From: an uncultured Gammaproteobacteria bacterium | GTDB lineage: Bacteria > Patescibacteriota > Microgenomatia > Levybacterales > GWA1-39-11 | Direction: 5' to 3' | Assembly: GCA_964409875.1 (NCBI GenBank) | Contig: CAYPEN010000004.1 | Location: 11,596-75,595 of the forward strand | Length of the DNA: 64,000 nucleotides | Shown here: positions 46,985 through 56,255 of the stretch, piece by piece | Layout: every line of letters begins with the position of its first letter | How positions within the stretch are numbered: position 1 is the stretch's first letter | The notes under the pieces: model-generated | The model's input: only the letters and a program-made list of their open reading frames with translations | Database searches by the model: none | What the model was told of the DNA's origin: nothing | Made by a program: the position numbers and the translations under genes

Positions 46985-48031
46985 TTAGAGAACTATGAGA
47001 TTACACGTTATCATTGGAATATGAAAATGGATTGAAAATATCGTAAAGCTGGTTGTTTTGGTTGCACACACTGTTCGGAATTTCGGGATAGTAATGAATG
47101 GAAAGGTGCCGGTTGGAGTGGGTGTAGTTGAGAGTGTCGGTGTAGGTGATTGAGAAATTGTAGGGGTTAGGGTGGGCGTGTCAGTTGGCGTTGTAGACGG
47201 GGTGGTTGTTGGGGTAGAAGTTGGAGTAATGCTTTCCGTAGGCGGTATTGATTCAGTCGGAGTTGCTGTAGGTGTTGGAGTGGTCGTATCGGTTGGTGTT
47301 GTCGTGGGTGTTTGGGATGGTGTTGAAGTAATTGTAACTGAAGGCGTTTCTGTGACAGTGGGAGTAATTGTTGTGGTGCTCGTTGGAGTCTGTGTGGGTA
47401 CCGGTTCTAAAGAAGAGGAACTATTTTGGGGCTGTGGAATACTTCTAAGCACAAAGTCATTGGTATTATTATCTGTATCTTCTCCATTCCCCTGAAATTC
47501 ATCTATTCCTCCTATTGCCATAGTTTGCGTGGTGGATGCGGAAGTAGCTTTTCTTTCAATACTTTCTGAAATAGTAGGATTTGGAGCATCAGAAAGTTCT
47601 TTTACGGTTGCACTTCCGATCCCAACTCTATCAATAACTGTGATTTTATTATCACTATAAAGAGTGATAGTTGAGTCGGTAGAAAAACCGGTAGAATAGG
47701 TAATATCTGCGATAGGTGCGGCAGAACTGGCGCTATTCGCAATTAAATAAAAACCGTGAGCAGGAATTGTACCGATTAATCCTGCAGCAATAAAATTAGT
47801 TTCTGAGGTCCCGTCTGTTGTTGTCTTTGTAATGTGCCATTGTGAAAGGTTAATGTTTGAATTTGTTGGATTGTAAAGTTCTATAAATTCGTCAGACCCA
47901 TTGTTTTTGATTTCAGAAATAACTATGTGATTTGCAGTTGATGCATGAGCTATAGGGATAGAGATTGCAAAAATAACTATTAGAAATAGAAAAAATGAAG
48001 ATATTAGAACCGTGGGCAGTTTGGAGAACAT
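46985..48031 (-). CDS. Secreted lamin-tail-domain protein with Thr-Pro-rich stalk
   Basis: Signal peptide; HIVISEI..DEFIELYNPT..INLSQW; DTDNNTNDF; long TPT repeats. Confidence 0.88.
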   Translation of the reverse strand: MFSKLPTVLISSFFLFLIVIFAISIPIAHASTANHIVISEIKNNGSDEFIELYNPTNSNINLSQWHITKTTTDGTSETNFIAAGLIGTIPAHGFYLIANSASSAAPIADITYSTGFSTDSTITLYSDNKITVIDRVGIGSATVKELSDAPNPTISESIERKATSASTTQTMAIGGIDEFQGNGEDTDNNTNDFVLRSIPQPQNSSSSLEPVPTQTPTSTTTITPTVTETPSVTITSTPSQTPTTTPTDTTTPTPTATPTESIPPTESITPTSTPTTTPSTTPTDTPTLTPTISQSPTPTLSTTPTPTGTFPFITIPKFRTVCATKTTSFTIFSIHFHIPMITCNLIVL

Positions 48032-48173
48032 ATCTCAATTTACATACATGTAAGAAACGATGTCAATAGCCCTTTTTTGAGGTGGAATTTGCAATAAGTA
48101 GGGCATTGAGAATATAATAAACACTATATTTGCTGTTGTTTACGGCTAGAATTTATACTCTTGCCCATTCCTT

Positions 48174-48716
48174 ATGGAAAGTGTTAAGAACAATTTCCAG
48201 AAACTTTTCTTCAAACTGAATACTCGGCTTGGGCTTATCGCCGTTATTCTCATTTCCCTCATACTTGCCCTTAGCAATACCGCAATAAAAGCATATTCAG
48301 AATCCGAAGAGAAATCGTACCGGCAAGAAAGTCTTGTAGCCAGTGCCTCAAATGTTAAGGTTTTGCCTGAAATCAACCCATCTCCGGTTGCCGAAACTGC
48401 ATTTATGACACCTATTTCGATGAGTTATGAAGTAGACAAAATTACCCCAACACCGACCCCTGTTTTTGACCCCTCCGATGACAAAGTATGGCTTCAACTT
48501 GCTGAGTGTGAGTCTCATCAAAATTGGCAAGATGATACGGGGAATGGGTACTATGGAGGACTTCAATTCTCACTCGGAGCATGGGCATCTGTAGGAGGAA
48601 GCGGAAAGCCATCTGAGGCCTCAAAAGACGAGCAGATCATTCGCGGCAAAGCATTACAGAGTAGACGTGGATGGGGAGCGTGGGGCGGATGCTCCAAAAA
48701 AATAGGACTTCTGTAA
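48174..48716 (+). CDS. Resuscitation-promoting factor (Rpf) domain transglycosylase
   Basis: N-terminal TM; WLQLAECES..NW...TGNGYYGGLQFS..W...GG...ASKDEQI...GWGAW..C. Confidence 0.92.
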   Translation: MESVKNNFQKLFFKLNTRLGLIAVILISLILALSNTAIKAYSESEEKSYRQESLVASASNVKVLPEINPSPVAETAFMTPISMSYEVDKITPTPTPVFDPSDDKVWLQLAECESHQNWQDDTGNGYYGGLQFSLGAWASVGGSGKPSEASKDEQIIRGKALQSRRGWGAWGGCSKKIGLL

Positions 48717-48747
48717 TACTTAGCTTCAAATATGGTACAATTGCTAC

Positions 48748-49461
48748 ATGTACCGTCTTGTTTTTCTCGATACCGAAACTACCGGTATCGACCCTTTAGT
48801 CGATAGACTCTTTCAGCTCGCATATAAATTTGAAGGCGAGTTGTTTTCTCAATACTTTAAACCACCAGTTCCAATTTCTGTAAAGTCTATGAGTATTTCG
48901 CATGTTACGAATAGAGATGTTGAAAATGAAGAAGAATTTTCAACATCTGAGGCAAAAATAAAACTCCAAGAAATTCTTGATAGTGCAATTTTGGTTGCTC
49001 ACAACGCATGGTTTGATATCGATATGCTTTCAAAAGAAGGAGTAAAGGCGGAAAAATATATTGATACTTTGAAAGTAATCAAATTTTTGGACAGCGAGAA
49101 CTTCATTCCCGAATATGGGCTCCAATATCTCCGGTATTTTCTAGAATTTGAAATTGATGCGAAGGCTCACGAGGCTGCAGGGGATGTTATGGTGCTTGAA
49201 AAATTGTTTGAGTATCTGTACCAGAGGATGTTGCTTGAATACAAAAGTGGAGATACTGTTATCGAAAAAATGATGGAAATTTCTAAAAAACCTTTGCTTT
49301 TACGGATATTTAACTATGGTAAGCACAAAGGGAAAAAAGTTGCAGAGGTTGTTTCTTATGACCGTAGCTATCTTGAATGGATGTTGGAGCAAAAACTGAA
49401 TAACGAATATTATGATGAGGATTGGATTTATACCCTCAAATATCACCTTAAAATTCAATAA
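48748..49461 (+). CDS. DEDDh 3'-5' exonuclease (ExoX-like)
   Basis: FLDTETTG, VAHNAWFD, AHEAAGDV, C-terminal YGKHKG..YLEW. Confidence 0.9.
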   Translation: MYRLVFLDTETTGIDPLVDRLFQLAYKFEGELFSQYFKPPVPISVKSMSISHVTNRDVENEEEFSTSEAKIKLQEILDSAILVAHNAWFDIDMLSKEGVKAEKYIDTLKVIKFLDSENFIPEYGLQYLRYFLEFEIDAKAHEAAGDVMVLEKLFEYLYQRMLLEYKSGDTVIEKMMEISKKPLLLRIFNYGKHKGKKVAEVVSYDRSYLEWMLEQKLNNEYYDEDWIYTLKYHLKIQ

Positions 49462-49503
49462 ATACTTACATCAATTTTATAATTGATGCGTACAATAATT
49501 ACT

Positions 49504-49854
49504 ATGGAAAAGAAAATAAAAGCTGCAAAACTACTCGCAAGGCTTCTTGATAATCAATTTGAGATAGGAGGTATCAGGTTTGGAATAGACCCTATTTTAG
49601 ATGTTGTTCCATATGTAGGAGATATTGCCGGCGCACTTTTGAGTTTGTATATTCTAAAAACAGCAAAAGAAGTAGGTGTTACAAAAATGGATATGGCTAA
49701 GATGATTGGAAATATCATAATTGACTTTATTGTCGGATTTATACCGCTTTTAGGAATAATTTTTGACGTTATTTATAAGGCAAATATCAAAAATATAGCG
49801 ATCTTGGAGAAATATTCGCATGGAAAATTCGTCGAAGGCACTATAGTATCTTAA
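49504..49854 (+). CDS. DUF4112 membrane protein
   Basis: LARLLDNQF..RFGIDPIL..VPYVGD, IPLLG..FD..YKAN. Confidence 0.88.
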   Translation: MEKKIKAAKLLARLLDNQFEIGGIRFGIDPILDVVPYVGDIAGALLSLYILKTAKEVGVTKMDMAKMIGNIIIDFIVGFIPLLGIIFDVIYKANIKNIAILEKYSHGKFVEGTIVS

Positions 49855-51405
49855 TTACGTTGGAGACTGAGGGTGGAAAACCGGATTTACCCTCATTACT
49901 TTCTTACATCCTGAAATAAATTTATATATTCCTACTGACTCACTTCCGAGAGGTTTTTTGAATTCTGCCACTTTTTGCACGAACTTTTCAAACCCGGCAA
50001 GCTGATTGTTGCGGCTTACAAAAAATATTTGACTTCCATTTCCCATCTCAATGCATTCCGTTTCAGGTGGTAAACCGACCAGATATTTTAGTTCAAAATA
50101 TCCGTTCATAATATTCTTTTTGGCAGAATAAACCGACATCGCACTCTCCGGATTTCCGGTATTTTCCGCGTACGTAACTACAATCGGTTTTTTATTGTTC
50201 TCAATCTCTAAAAATTTAACTGCTTCGGCAATTCCATATCCAGAAACTTGTCCGTCCACAAATCCGTATTCGCTATAGGAGGTCATTTTGTTAAAGAACG
50301 AAAAGTATGGGACGGGACGATAAATTAGAAAATAACTAAATGTTAATGCGAGCGAAAAGGTGGTTAAAGCTATTGCTGATCCTGCAGTTTTTAATTTTTC
50401 TATCAGCTTAAAAAGCATATAAGTTGCCAAGAGGATAAATGGTGGCAGCAGTCCTACGATATAGCGTTGGGAAGGGGTTCTTAATGTCAGTATTGCAACA
50501 ACGAGCGGAATGCCAAGCCAAACAAGAAGAAGAATATTTTTTCTATTTTTTATGAATTCAAAAAGAGCGCAAAGAGATAGGATAAATACAAAAGGGGTAA
50601 GGAAAAGAAAAGAAATTTGGGTAAAAGCCCATATGTTTTGCAGCCAAAGTCCTACCGGGAAATGAAATAAATCCCCTATTCCCAAAACGTATCTTGAGTT
50701 TGATGAGAGTGTTTTCCAAAAAACAGGATTTATTATGAGAAGTAGGATTACTAAAAGAAATACGCCCCCGATTGTCCACAGACGCTCAAGATATGTTTGC
50801 CTTTTCGTCCTGTAGACCATATAAGAGATGACAAGAATTGTTGTTATTAAAAAAAGAAAAGCTGTTGATTTACTGAAGAAGCCAAGTCCGAGAACAACGC
50901 CTGTTAAAAGTTCGCTCTTAATACTTCTCTCCTTTTGAAGAGTGCGGTTGAGATAAAAGAAACTCCAGATACCACATGTCGTTATGGCGCTTTCAAGAAG
51001 TGCTTGTCTGTCGAAGAGGACAAAAATCGGAACGGTAGTGTATAGCAAAGCAGCTGCAATGCCGACTTTTTTCTCGAAATATTCCTTGCCGACTAAATAA
51101 ATACCGATTACTGAAAGAAGCCCAAGGCAAAAAGAGACGAATCTTCCTGCGAAAAGTGGGTCGGAAAAGAAATTTGAGAAAAATCCGAATAGCCACATCA
51201 CAAGAGGCTGCTTCGCGTCATAAAGGGAATAATACAAAAAGCCGGGAACGTGAGTTTCACGCCAAGCCCAATCCAAATAAATTGATTCGTCATTAAAAAT
51301 CGGTATGAGGGTAAGTCTTGGGAGTCTTACAAAAAGGTAGATAAGACACAAAAGAAGCACCGGGTTTTTTTTAAAAAAAAGATATAATTTTTTTAATAAA
51401 TCCAT
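49855..51405 (-). CDS. GT-C fold glycosyltransferase (family 39/83-like)
   Basis: IFNDESIY, KQPL, multiple TM helices, LGFFSK. Confidence 0.88.
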   Translation of the reverse strand: MDLLKKLYLFFKKNPVLLLCLIYLFVRLPRLTLIPIFNDESIYLDWAWRETHVPGFLYYSLYDAKQPLVMWLFGFFSNFFSDPLFAGRFVSFCLGLLSVIGIYLVGKEYFEKKVGIAAALLYTTVPIFVLFDRQALLESAITTCGIWSFFYLNRTLQKERSIKSELLTGVVLGLGFFSKSTAFLFLITTILVISYMVYRTKRQTYLERLWTIGGVFLLVILLLIINPVFWKTLSSNSRYVLGIGDLFHFPVGLWLQNIWAFTQISFLFLTPFVFILSLCALFEFIKNRKNILLLVWLGIPLVVAILTLRTPSQRYIVGLLPPFILLATYMLFKLIEKLKTAGSAIALTTFSLALTFSYFLIYRPVPYFSFFNKMTSYSEYGFVDGQVSGYGIAEAVKFLEIENNKKPIVVTYAENTGNPESAMSVYSAKKNIMNGYFELKYLVGLPPETECIEMGNGSQIFFVSRNNQLAGFEKFVQKVAEFKKPLGSESVGIYKFISGCKKVMRVNPVFHPQSPT

Positions 51406-51473
51406 AACTTATTGTAATACAAAAGACAGGGGACATTGACTGACAACTTTTCCGGTAGTACACTGTTTGTCCC

Positions 51474-52604
51474 ATGAACACGATTATTTGTAAACACTGC
51501 GGAAAAGAAATTGAAATTACAGAAGCCCTTCTCCATCAGGTAGAGGATAAAGTGAAAAAAGAGGTTTCAAAAGACCTTGAAAAAGAGATTGAAAAGGCGC
51601 GCAGTGAAGCCGAAGAGAAGGCGAAATCCGAGTTTGCGAAAAAAAATTCCGAAGAAATTGAAAATCTAAAGAAGCAGAATGAGCAGTTCCGCCAACAAGA
51701 ATTAAAACTTCTTGAGGAAAAAAAGAAGCTTGAGGAAAAGGAGAAAGCAATGGAATTAGAAAACGCGCGAAAGCTTGATGAGGAGAGAAAAAGGATAGAG
51801 GAAAAAGCGGTGAAAGATTACGAGGAGTCTCAACGGATGAAGGACAAAGAGAAAGATATGCAAATTGAAAATCTCAAAAGGATGCTTGAGGAGGCCAACC
51901 GCAAAGCCTCTGGTGTTAGCCAACAAGTGCAGGGAGAAGTTTTGGAATTGGATCTTGAGGAACAGCTAAAAAATGCTTTCCCGACCGATTCGATAGAACC
52001 TGTGGCAAAGGGAGTAAGGGGAGGAGACATTGTTCAGGTCGTCAAAAATTCAATGGGCAAAATTGCAGGCACAATTCTTTGGGAGACAAAGAGAGCTAAA
52101 TGGACACCATCATGGCTTCCAAAATTGCGTGAGGATGCACGGAAGGTAAGCGCTTCATCTTCAATTTTGGTGAGTGAAGACTTGCCGAAAGAAATAACGA
52201 GTTTTGGCTTTGTGGACCAAGTTTTGGTGGCTTCATACCAATACGCCGTTTCATTAGCTGTTATTGTCAGACGTGGCATTATGCAAACTGCTGCAGCAAA
52301 ATCAGCGGCTGAGAGCAAAGATGAGACACTTGAGATGGTCTATCAATACCTCCAAAGTGACGCGTTCCGCCATCGTATCGAAGGGTATGTTGAGAGTATC
52401 TCTTTGATGCGGACCGATTTGGATTCGGAGCGGCGCTCAATGGAACGCATATGGAAGCGGCGTGAAATGCAAATAATGAAAGCCGAACTTTCTATTTCAA
52501 AATTGTCAGGAGAACTTGAGGGAATTATGGGTTCATCGTTTCCAACGGTAAAACCTCTGTCTCTTGGTGCAACAATTGATGATGACGATGAAAGACCCTT
52601 CTAA
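51474..52604 (+). CDS. DUF2130 coiled-coil protein with nuclease-like C-terminus
   Basis: IICKHCG..EITEAL, SQQVQGEVLE, FPTD.IEPV.KG.RGGD, ILWETKR. Confidence 0.88.
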   Translation: MNTIICKHCGKEIEITEALLHQVEDKVKKEVSKDLEKEIEKARSEAEEKAKSEFAKKNSEEIENLKKQNEQFRQQELKLLEEKKKLEEKEKAMELENARKLDEERKRIEEKAVKDYEESQRMKDKEKDMQIENLKRMLEEANRKASGVSQQVQGEVLELDLEEQLKNAFPTDSIEPVAKGVRGGDIVQVVKNSMGKIAGTILWETKRAKWTPSWLPKLREDARKVSASSSILVSEDLPKEITSFGFVDQVLVASYQYAVSLAVIVRRGIMQTAAAKSAAESKDETLEMVYQYLQSDAFRHRIEGYVESISLMRTDLDSERRSMERIWKRREMQIMKAELSISKLSGELEGIMGSSFPTVKPLSLGATIDDDDERPF

Positions 52605-52812
52605 AACCTCCGACTATTGCAACTATTCTTTCGACGACCTCTATATGGCTGCATTTAAAAAAGATTTAGATGAGATTGAAAAGAAGAAACTTCAAGGTAT
52701 GTCACAAGAGAATATAAACCGCATAGTACAACAATGGGCAGATAAGGCGGGTTGGAATACTGCTATAAAAAAGGGTGGTGATAAAAAAATTTACCTAGCT
52801 TTTTACCCTTGA
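52588..52812 (+). CDS. Small hypothetical protein
   Basis: 74-aa ORF overlapping the DUF2130 stop codon. Confidence 0.55.
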   Translation: MKDPSKTSDYCNYSFDDLYMAAFKKDLDEIEKKKLQGMSQENINRIVQQWADKAGWNTAIKKGGDKKIYLAFYP

Positions 52813-53057
52813 TAGACGTAACTCCTTAGATAATGTGCTTTTCCAGGACCTAAAACGAGCATTGTTTGGTCGATTCCCTCGTTATTTTGGCTAAATTCTG
52901 CGCCAAAGGCAGCACGCAAGCCTTGTCGATGTCCGGGAATGTAAACCTCGACACTACCATCCTCTCCATCTGCCTTCCTCTCCCAAATACCTAAAGCGCT
53001 ACATTCACGGGGTTTACCATTGAATGGAAAAGGAAGCTCCAATTCAACGATATGCAT
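52803..53057 (-). CDS. Small hypothetical protein, start uncertain
   Basis: 84-aa ORF; frame stays open upstream to 53099. Confidence 0.45.
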   Translation of the reverse strand: MHIVELELPFPFNGKPRECSALGIWERKADGEDGSVEVYIPGHRQGLRAAFGAEFSQNNEGIDQTMLVLGPGKAHYLRSYVYQG

Positions 53058-53211
53058 TTCGTGTCCTTGTAATTGTTCGCTTATATTTGGCGTATAAATT
53101 CACCTTCTTTCAATAAAATCGTACATATTTTGTTGTATGCCATAATCGTGAAAAATGCAATAGTTTTCACGAATTCTTACAATAAGAGTCTTTTTTCTAG
53201 TTTTCGATGAT

Positions 53212-53511
53212 TTAAGTCACATTGACAGAAGTACCTTCCGTAAGCGAATACCGTTTGTATGTCCCATGATCTTCTTGGTGATAGCTTGCTATTTCACCGG
53301 TAAATGGGTTACGGGAACCGACGATTTTTACCATAAGATGTTGGGGTTCCGTAGGAAGAGCTAAATCACTCCCGCCTGTCTGGTCATCTCCCTCAGAAAC
53401 CGGACAGACGGGAAGATCAGCACCTACCGTATTATTTAGTGGTGTTTCGTTTGGTAGGGCTCTTCGGAAGAACCTTCCAATTCCCCTTTGTGATAATTCT
53501 GCAAGTGCCAT
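53212..53511 (-). CDS. Small hypothetical protein
   Basis: 99-aa ORF divergent from the ATPase-wHTH gene. Confidence 0.55.
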   Translation of the reverse strand: MALAELSQRGIGRFFRRALPNETPLNNTVGADLPVCPVSEGDDQTGGSDLALPTEPQHLMVKIVGSRNPFTGEIASYHQEDHGTYKRYSLTEGTSVNVT

Positions 53512-53622
53512 GGTGTTAGTTTATATAAGGCTTTACGATTCCGCTTGACGTCATTCTGACAGTTATAGCAGTCATAATCCTGACAGAAGACATTCTTGTA
53601 AAAAAAAGGATTTAGGGCTAGA

Positions 53623-54909
53623 ATGAGCCTTATGGAGACCAAAATAGAGGAAGCATTATACCCATTATCCTTTCGGAAAAAGGATTCAGAAACTCTTGGA
53701 AATCACATCAAAAATAGGCATAGCGTTGTTTTGGTTGGAATGAAAAGGGTTGGAATTAGCAATTTTTTGCGCTTTTTTCTCTATCGGGATGGAATTAAAG
53801 AGTCATATATCCGTGACAAAAAAAATCATTTATTTATTCCTATCGACCTTAACGACCTGGTGGAGCGGGAGTTGTATCCCTTTTGGGTACTGACGCTTAA
53901 AAGAATAGAAGATGCAGTTGAGAAATCGGAGTTGTCAGCAAAAACAAAAAAACATATTGAAACTCTTTTTTTGGATAGTATCCAATCACAAGATTTATTT
54001 TTAACAATTGATAGCATTAGAAAATCATTAGAGCATCTCGTTGGGGAGGGAGTGACCCCAACAATTTTCTTCTTGAGATTTGACCGTATACAGGAAGTGG
54101 TGACTCCTGAGTTTTTTGCCAATCTTCAGGGACTCATTGATGCGTGCCACAAAAATTTGAGCTATGTTATCACAAGTGTCAGGAGTCTAGAATTTCTTTC
54201 TCCCACCGTCTTTACAAAGGCTTCCGTATCGGTTTTTGCACGCACCATGTATATTGCACCTGCCACACATGAGGATGCCGGCATCATATTTGATGAATTG
54301 GCGAAGAAATATCAACTCAACTTTTCCGATAATGTAAAAACACAAATATTGTCCATAGTTGACGGATACACACAATATCTTCAATTTGCACTCTCGTACT
54401 TGCATGAAAAGAAAAGTGATGTAGTGAGTTCAAAATTAGTGGATGAATTGTTCTCTGATGAGCGTATCGCATTACAATCCGAGGAATTGTGGGAATCCTT
54501 AACCGATGAGGAGAAAGACATATTGGCAAAATTCTTGACAGCCAAAAATGTTTCAGCAGACGATAAAGAACGTGCCTCATATCTTTGGAATACAGGAATT
54601 ATTGGAGAAGCGGATATTTTCAGTCCATTATTTCAGAAATACTTAGAGCAGAAAGAAAACGTCCGCGAGAATAGTAAGAAAGAGTTGTCGAAAAAAGAGA
54701 ATCTATTGTTGAAAATATTGGAGGAGAGGCGCGGGGCGCTTTGCGAGCGGGAGGATATTATTGAATACGTATGGCCGGAGGCCGAGTCATACGGCGTTTC
54801 AGATTGGGCGGTTGACCGGCTGGTTGCCAGGCTTAGGAATAAATTAAAGGGACTTAAGGCAGAATACGAAATTGTGACCGTGAAGACACGGGGATATAAA
54901 TTAGTCTAA
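53623..54909 (+). CDS. P-loop ATPase-like domain fused to C-terminal OmpR-type winged helix
   Basis: Degenerate Walker A VLVGMKRVGISN; C-terminus LSKKENLLL..REDIIEYVW...AVDRLVARLRNKL...IVTVKTRGYKL. Confidence 0.85.
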   Translation: MSLMETKIEEALYPLSFRKKDSETLGNHIKNRHSVVLVGMKRVGISNFLRFFLYRDGIKESYIRDKKNHLFIPIDLNDLVERELYPFWVLTLKRIEDAVEKSELSAKTKKHIETLFLDSIQSQDLFLTIDSIRKSLEHLVGEGVTPTIFFLRFDRIQEVVTPEFFANLQGLIDACHKNLSYVITSVRSLEFLSPTVFTKASVSVFARTMYIAPATHEDAGIIFDELAKKYQLNFSDNVKTQILSIVDGYTQYLQFALSYLHEKKSDVVSSKLVDELFSDERIALQSEELWESLTDEEKDILAKFLTAKNVSADDKERASYLWNTGIIGEADIFSPLFQKYLEQKENVRENSKKELSKKENLLLKILEERRGALCEREDIIEYVWPEAESYGVSDWAVDRLVARLRNKLKGLKAEYEIVTVKTRGYKLV

Positions 54910-54914
54910 CGGAT

Positions 54915-55640
54915 ATGAACGAACATTTTAGAAATTACACTCCTCCTATTTCAGAGAATCTGAGAATGCAATACGAAGAAGCACTTGCTTTGGAGCAGCG
55001 TTGGTTAAACGGTTTACAAATTACTCTTCGTCCTGAAAACGACTTAGAGCATGTGGCGGAAGGATTTGCAATTTTTGGCCAAATGCAGCACACTCATCCT
55101 CGGCTTGCATCATCTGTTAATGTGCAGGAATTTTCTGATATGTTTTATCTTCATGATGGCGGAGAAATAATTGCACACGACTTGACTCACTCCCACCCAG
55201 AATATGATTTGCTTCGCCCTAAAATAAAAAGAAGGGAACGTGCCGCAATAAGGTTTTTGACCGGAGAGTATATTGAAGACCCGGTTTTGAGAGATTATAT
55301 TCGGGGTTTGTATACGCGCTATGAGAATCCGGAACCTTCGGATAGAGAAGCTCACATGGCGCATCTGATAGATAAAGTGCAGGCACAACGATTTGGCTTG
55401 GAGTATGTGTTTAACGGGAGGCGAATGTCAAAGGCACAAAGATTGCAACAATTAAACCATAATTTTGGGCTTATCATACCTCCCGCCCGTTCTTTACTAG
55501 CTGCAGTTGAGCCACCGGCACAAGAAGAACTGAGAGATTTTGTAAGCAATGAATTAAAACAATTTATGCGGTATGGGTATTGGAAAAGTGAGACTGAGTA
55601 TTACGTAAGGCAGGCAGAAGAACTTTTGATTCACGAATAG
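54915..55640 (+). CDS. HD-domain phosphohydrolase
   Basis: ENDLEHV, YLHDGGE..D, IDKVQA. Confidence 0.8.
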   Translation: MNEHFRNYTPPISENLRMQYEEALALEQRWLNGLQITLRPENDLEHVAEGFAIFGQMQHTHPRLASSVNVQEFSDMFYLHDGGEIIAHDLTHSHPEYDLLRPKIKRRERAAIRFLTGEYIEDPVLRDYIRGLYTRYENPEPSDREAHMAHLIDKVQAQRFGLEYVFNGRRMSKAQRLQQLNHNFGLIIPPARSLLAAVEPPAQEELRDFVSNELKQFMRYGYWKSETEYYVRQAEELLIHE

Positions 55641-55714
55641 AATTCTTTTAATGACCTTCTCGTCACTCAAATGTTAGGATAAAGGTATGGTTTATATACC
55701 TTATGCAGACAGTT

Positions 55715-56254
55715 TTATGATATTTCAAAATGTTCCTCACATCTTGCTTCATAGATATCGTTTCCCCCAATAACAATTCGCTCAGAGGACGTACTAATTC
55801 TTTTTGAATACAACCCTTTTTTTTGTTTGCATACCGAACAAATAGCTTGAAATCGGAAAATTTCATCGGCGATATGTGTGATTTTTTCTGTAGTTTCCCA
55901 ATTTTCTCGCTTAAAATCTAAATCCAGGCCTGAAGCATACACTGCAACACCTCTTTTTTTTAAATCTGAGAGAAGATTAACAATTCCCAAATCGAAAAAT
56001 TGCACTTCATCAATTCCAAAAGCTGAAAACGTATTATCTCTCACAAGTCTTTTAATATCTTCTACATTTGCTGCAGTTCTTGCCGGGATTTTGAGTCCAT
56101 CATGTGAAATAATTGAATTTCCTGAATAGCGAATGTCTTTTGCGAACCGTATGGCCATTGGATTATTTTTTGTCTGTTGTAGATTTTTGATAAGCCATTG
56201 TGTTTTACCGGAAAACATCGGGCCTGTCGCGAGCTGTATTGTGCCACTTGCCAT
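55715..56254 (-). CDS. tdk: Thymidine kinase
   Basis: GPMFSGKT, DIRY, SHDG, IDEVQFF, SGLDLDF, CSVC, YEARCEEH. Confidence 0.95.
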   Translation of the reverse strand: MASGTIQLATGPMFSGKTQWLIKNLQQTKNNPMAIRFAKDIRYSGNSIISHDGLKIPARTAANVEDIKRLVRDNTFSAFGIDEVQFFDLGIVNLLSDLKKRGVAVYASGLDLDFKRENWETTEKITHIADEIFRFQAICSVCKQKKGLYSKRISTSSERIVIGGNDIYEARCEEHFEIS

Positions 56255-56255
56255 T

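Noticed and set aside
47110-47400. Repetitive GT-rich DNA here and at about 17860-18030 and 59900-60050, as a possible CRISPR or VNTR
   Set aside because: Explained by Thr-Pro-Ser linkers of secreted proteins; no fixed repeat-spacer structure.
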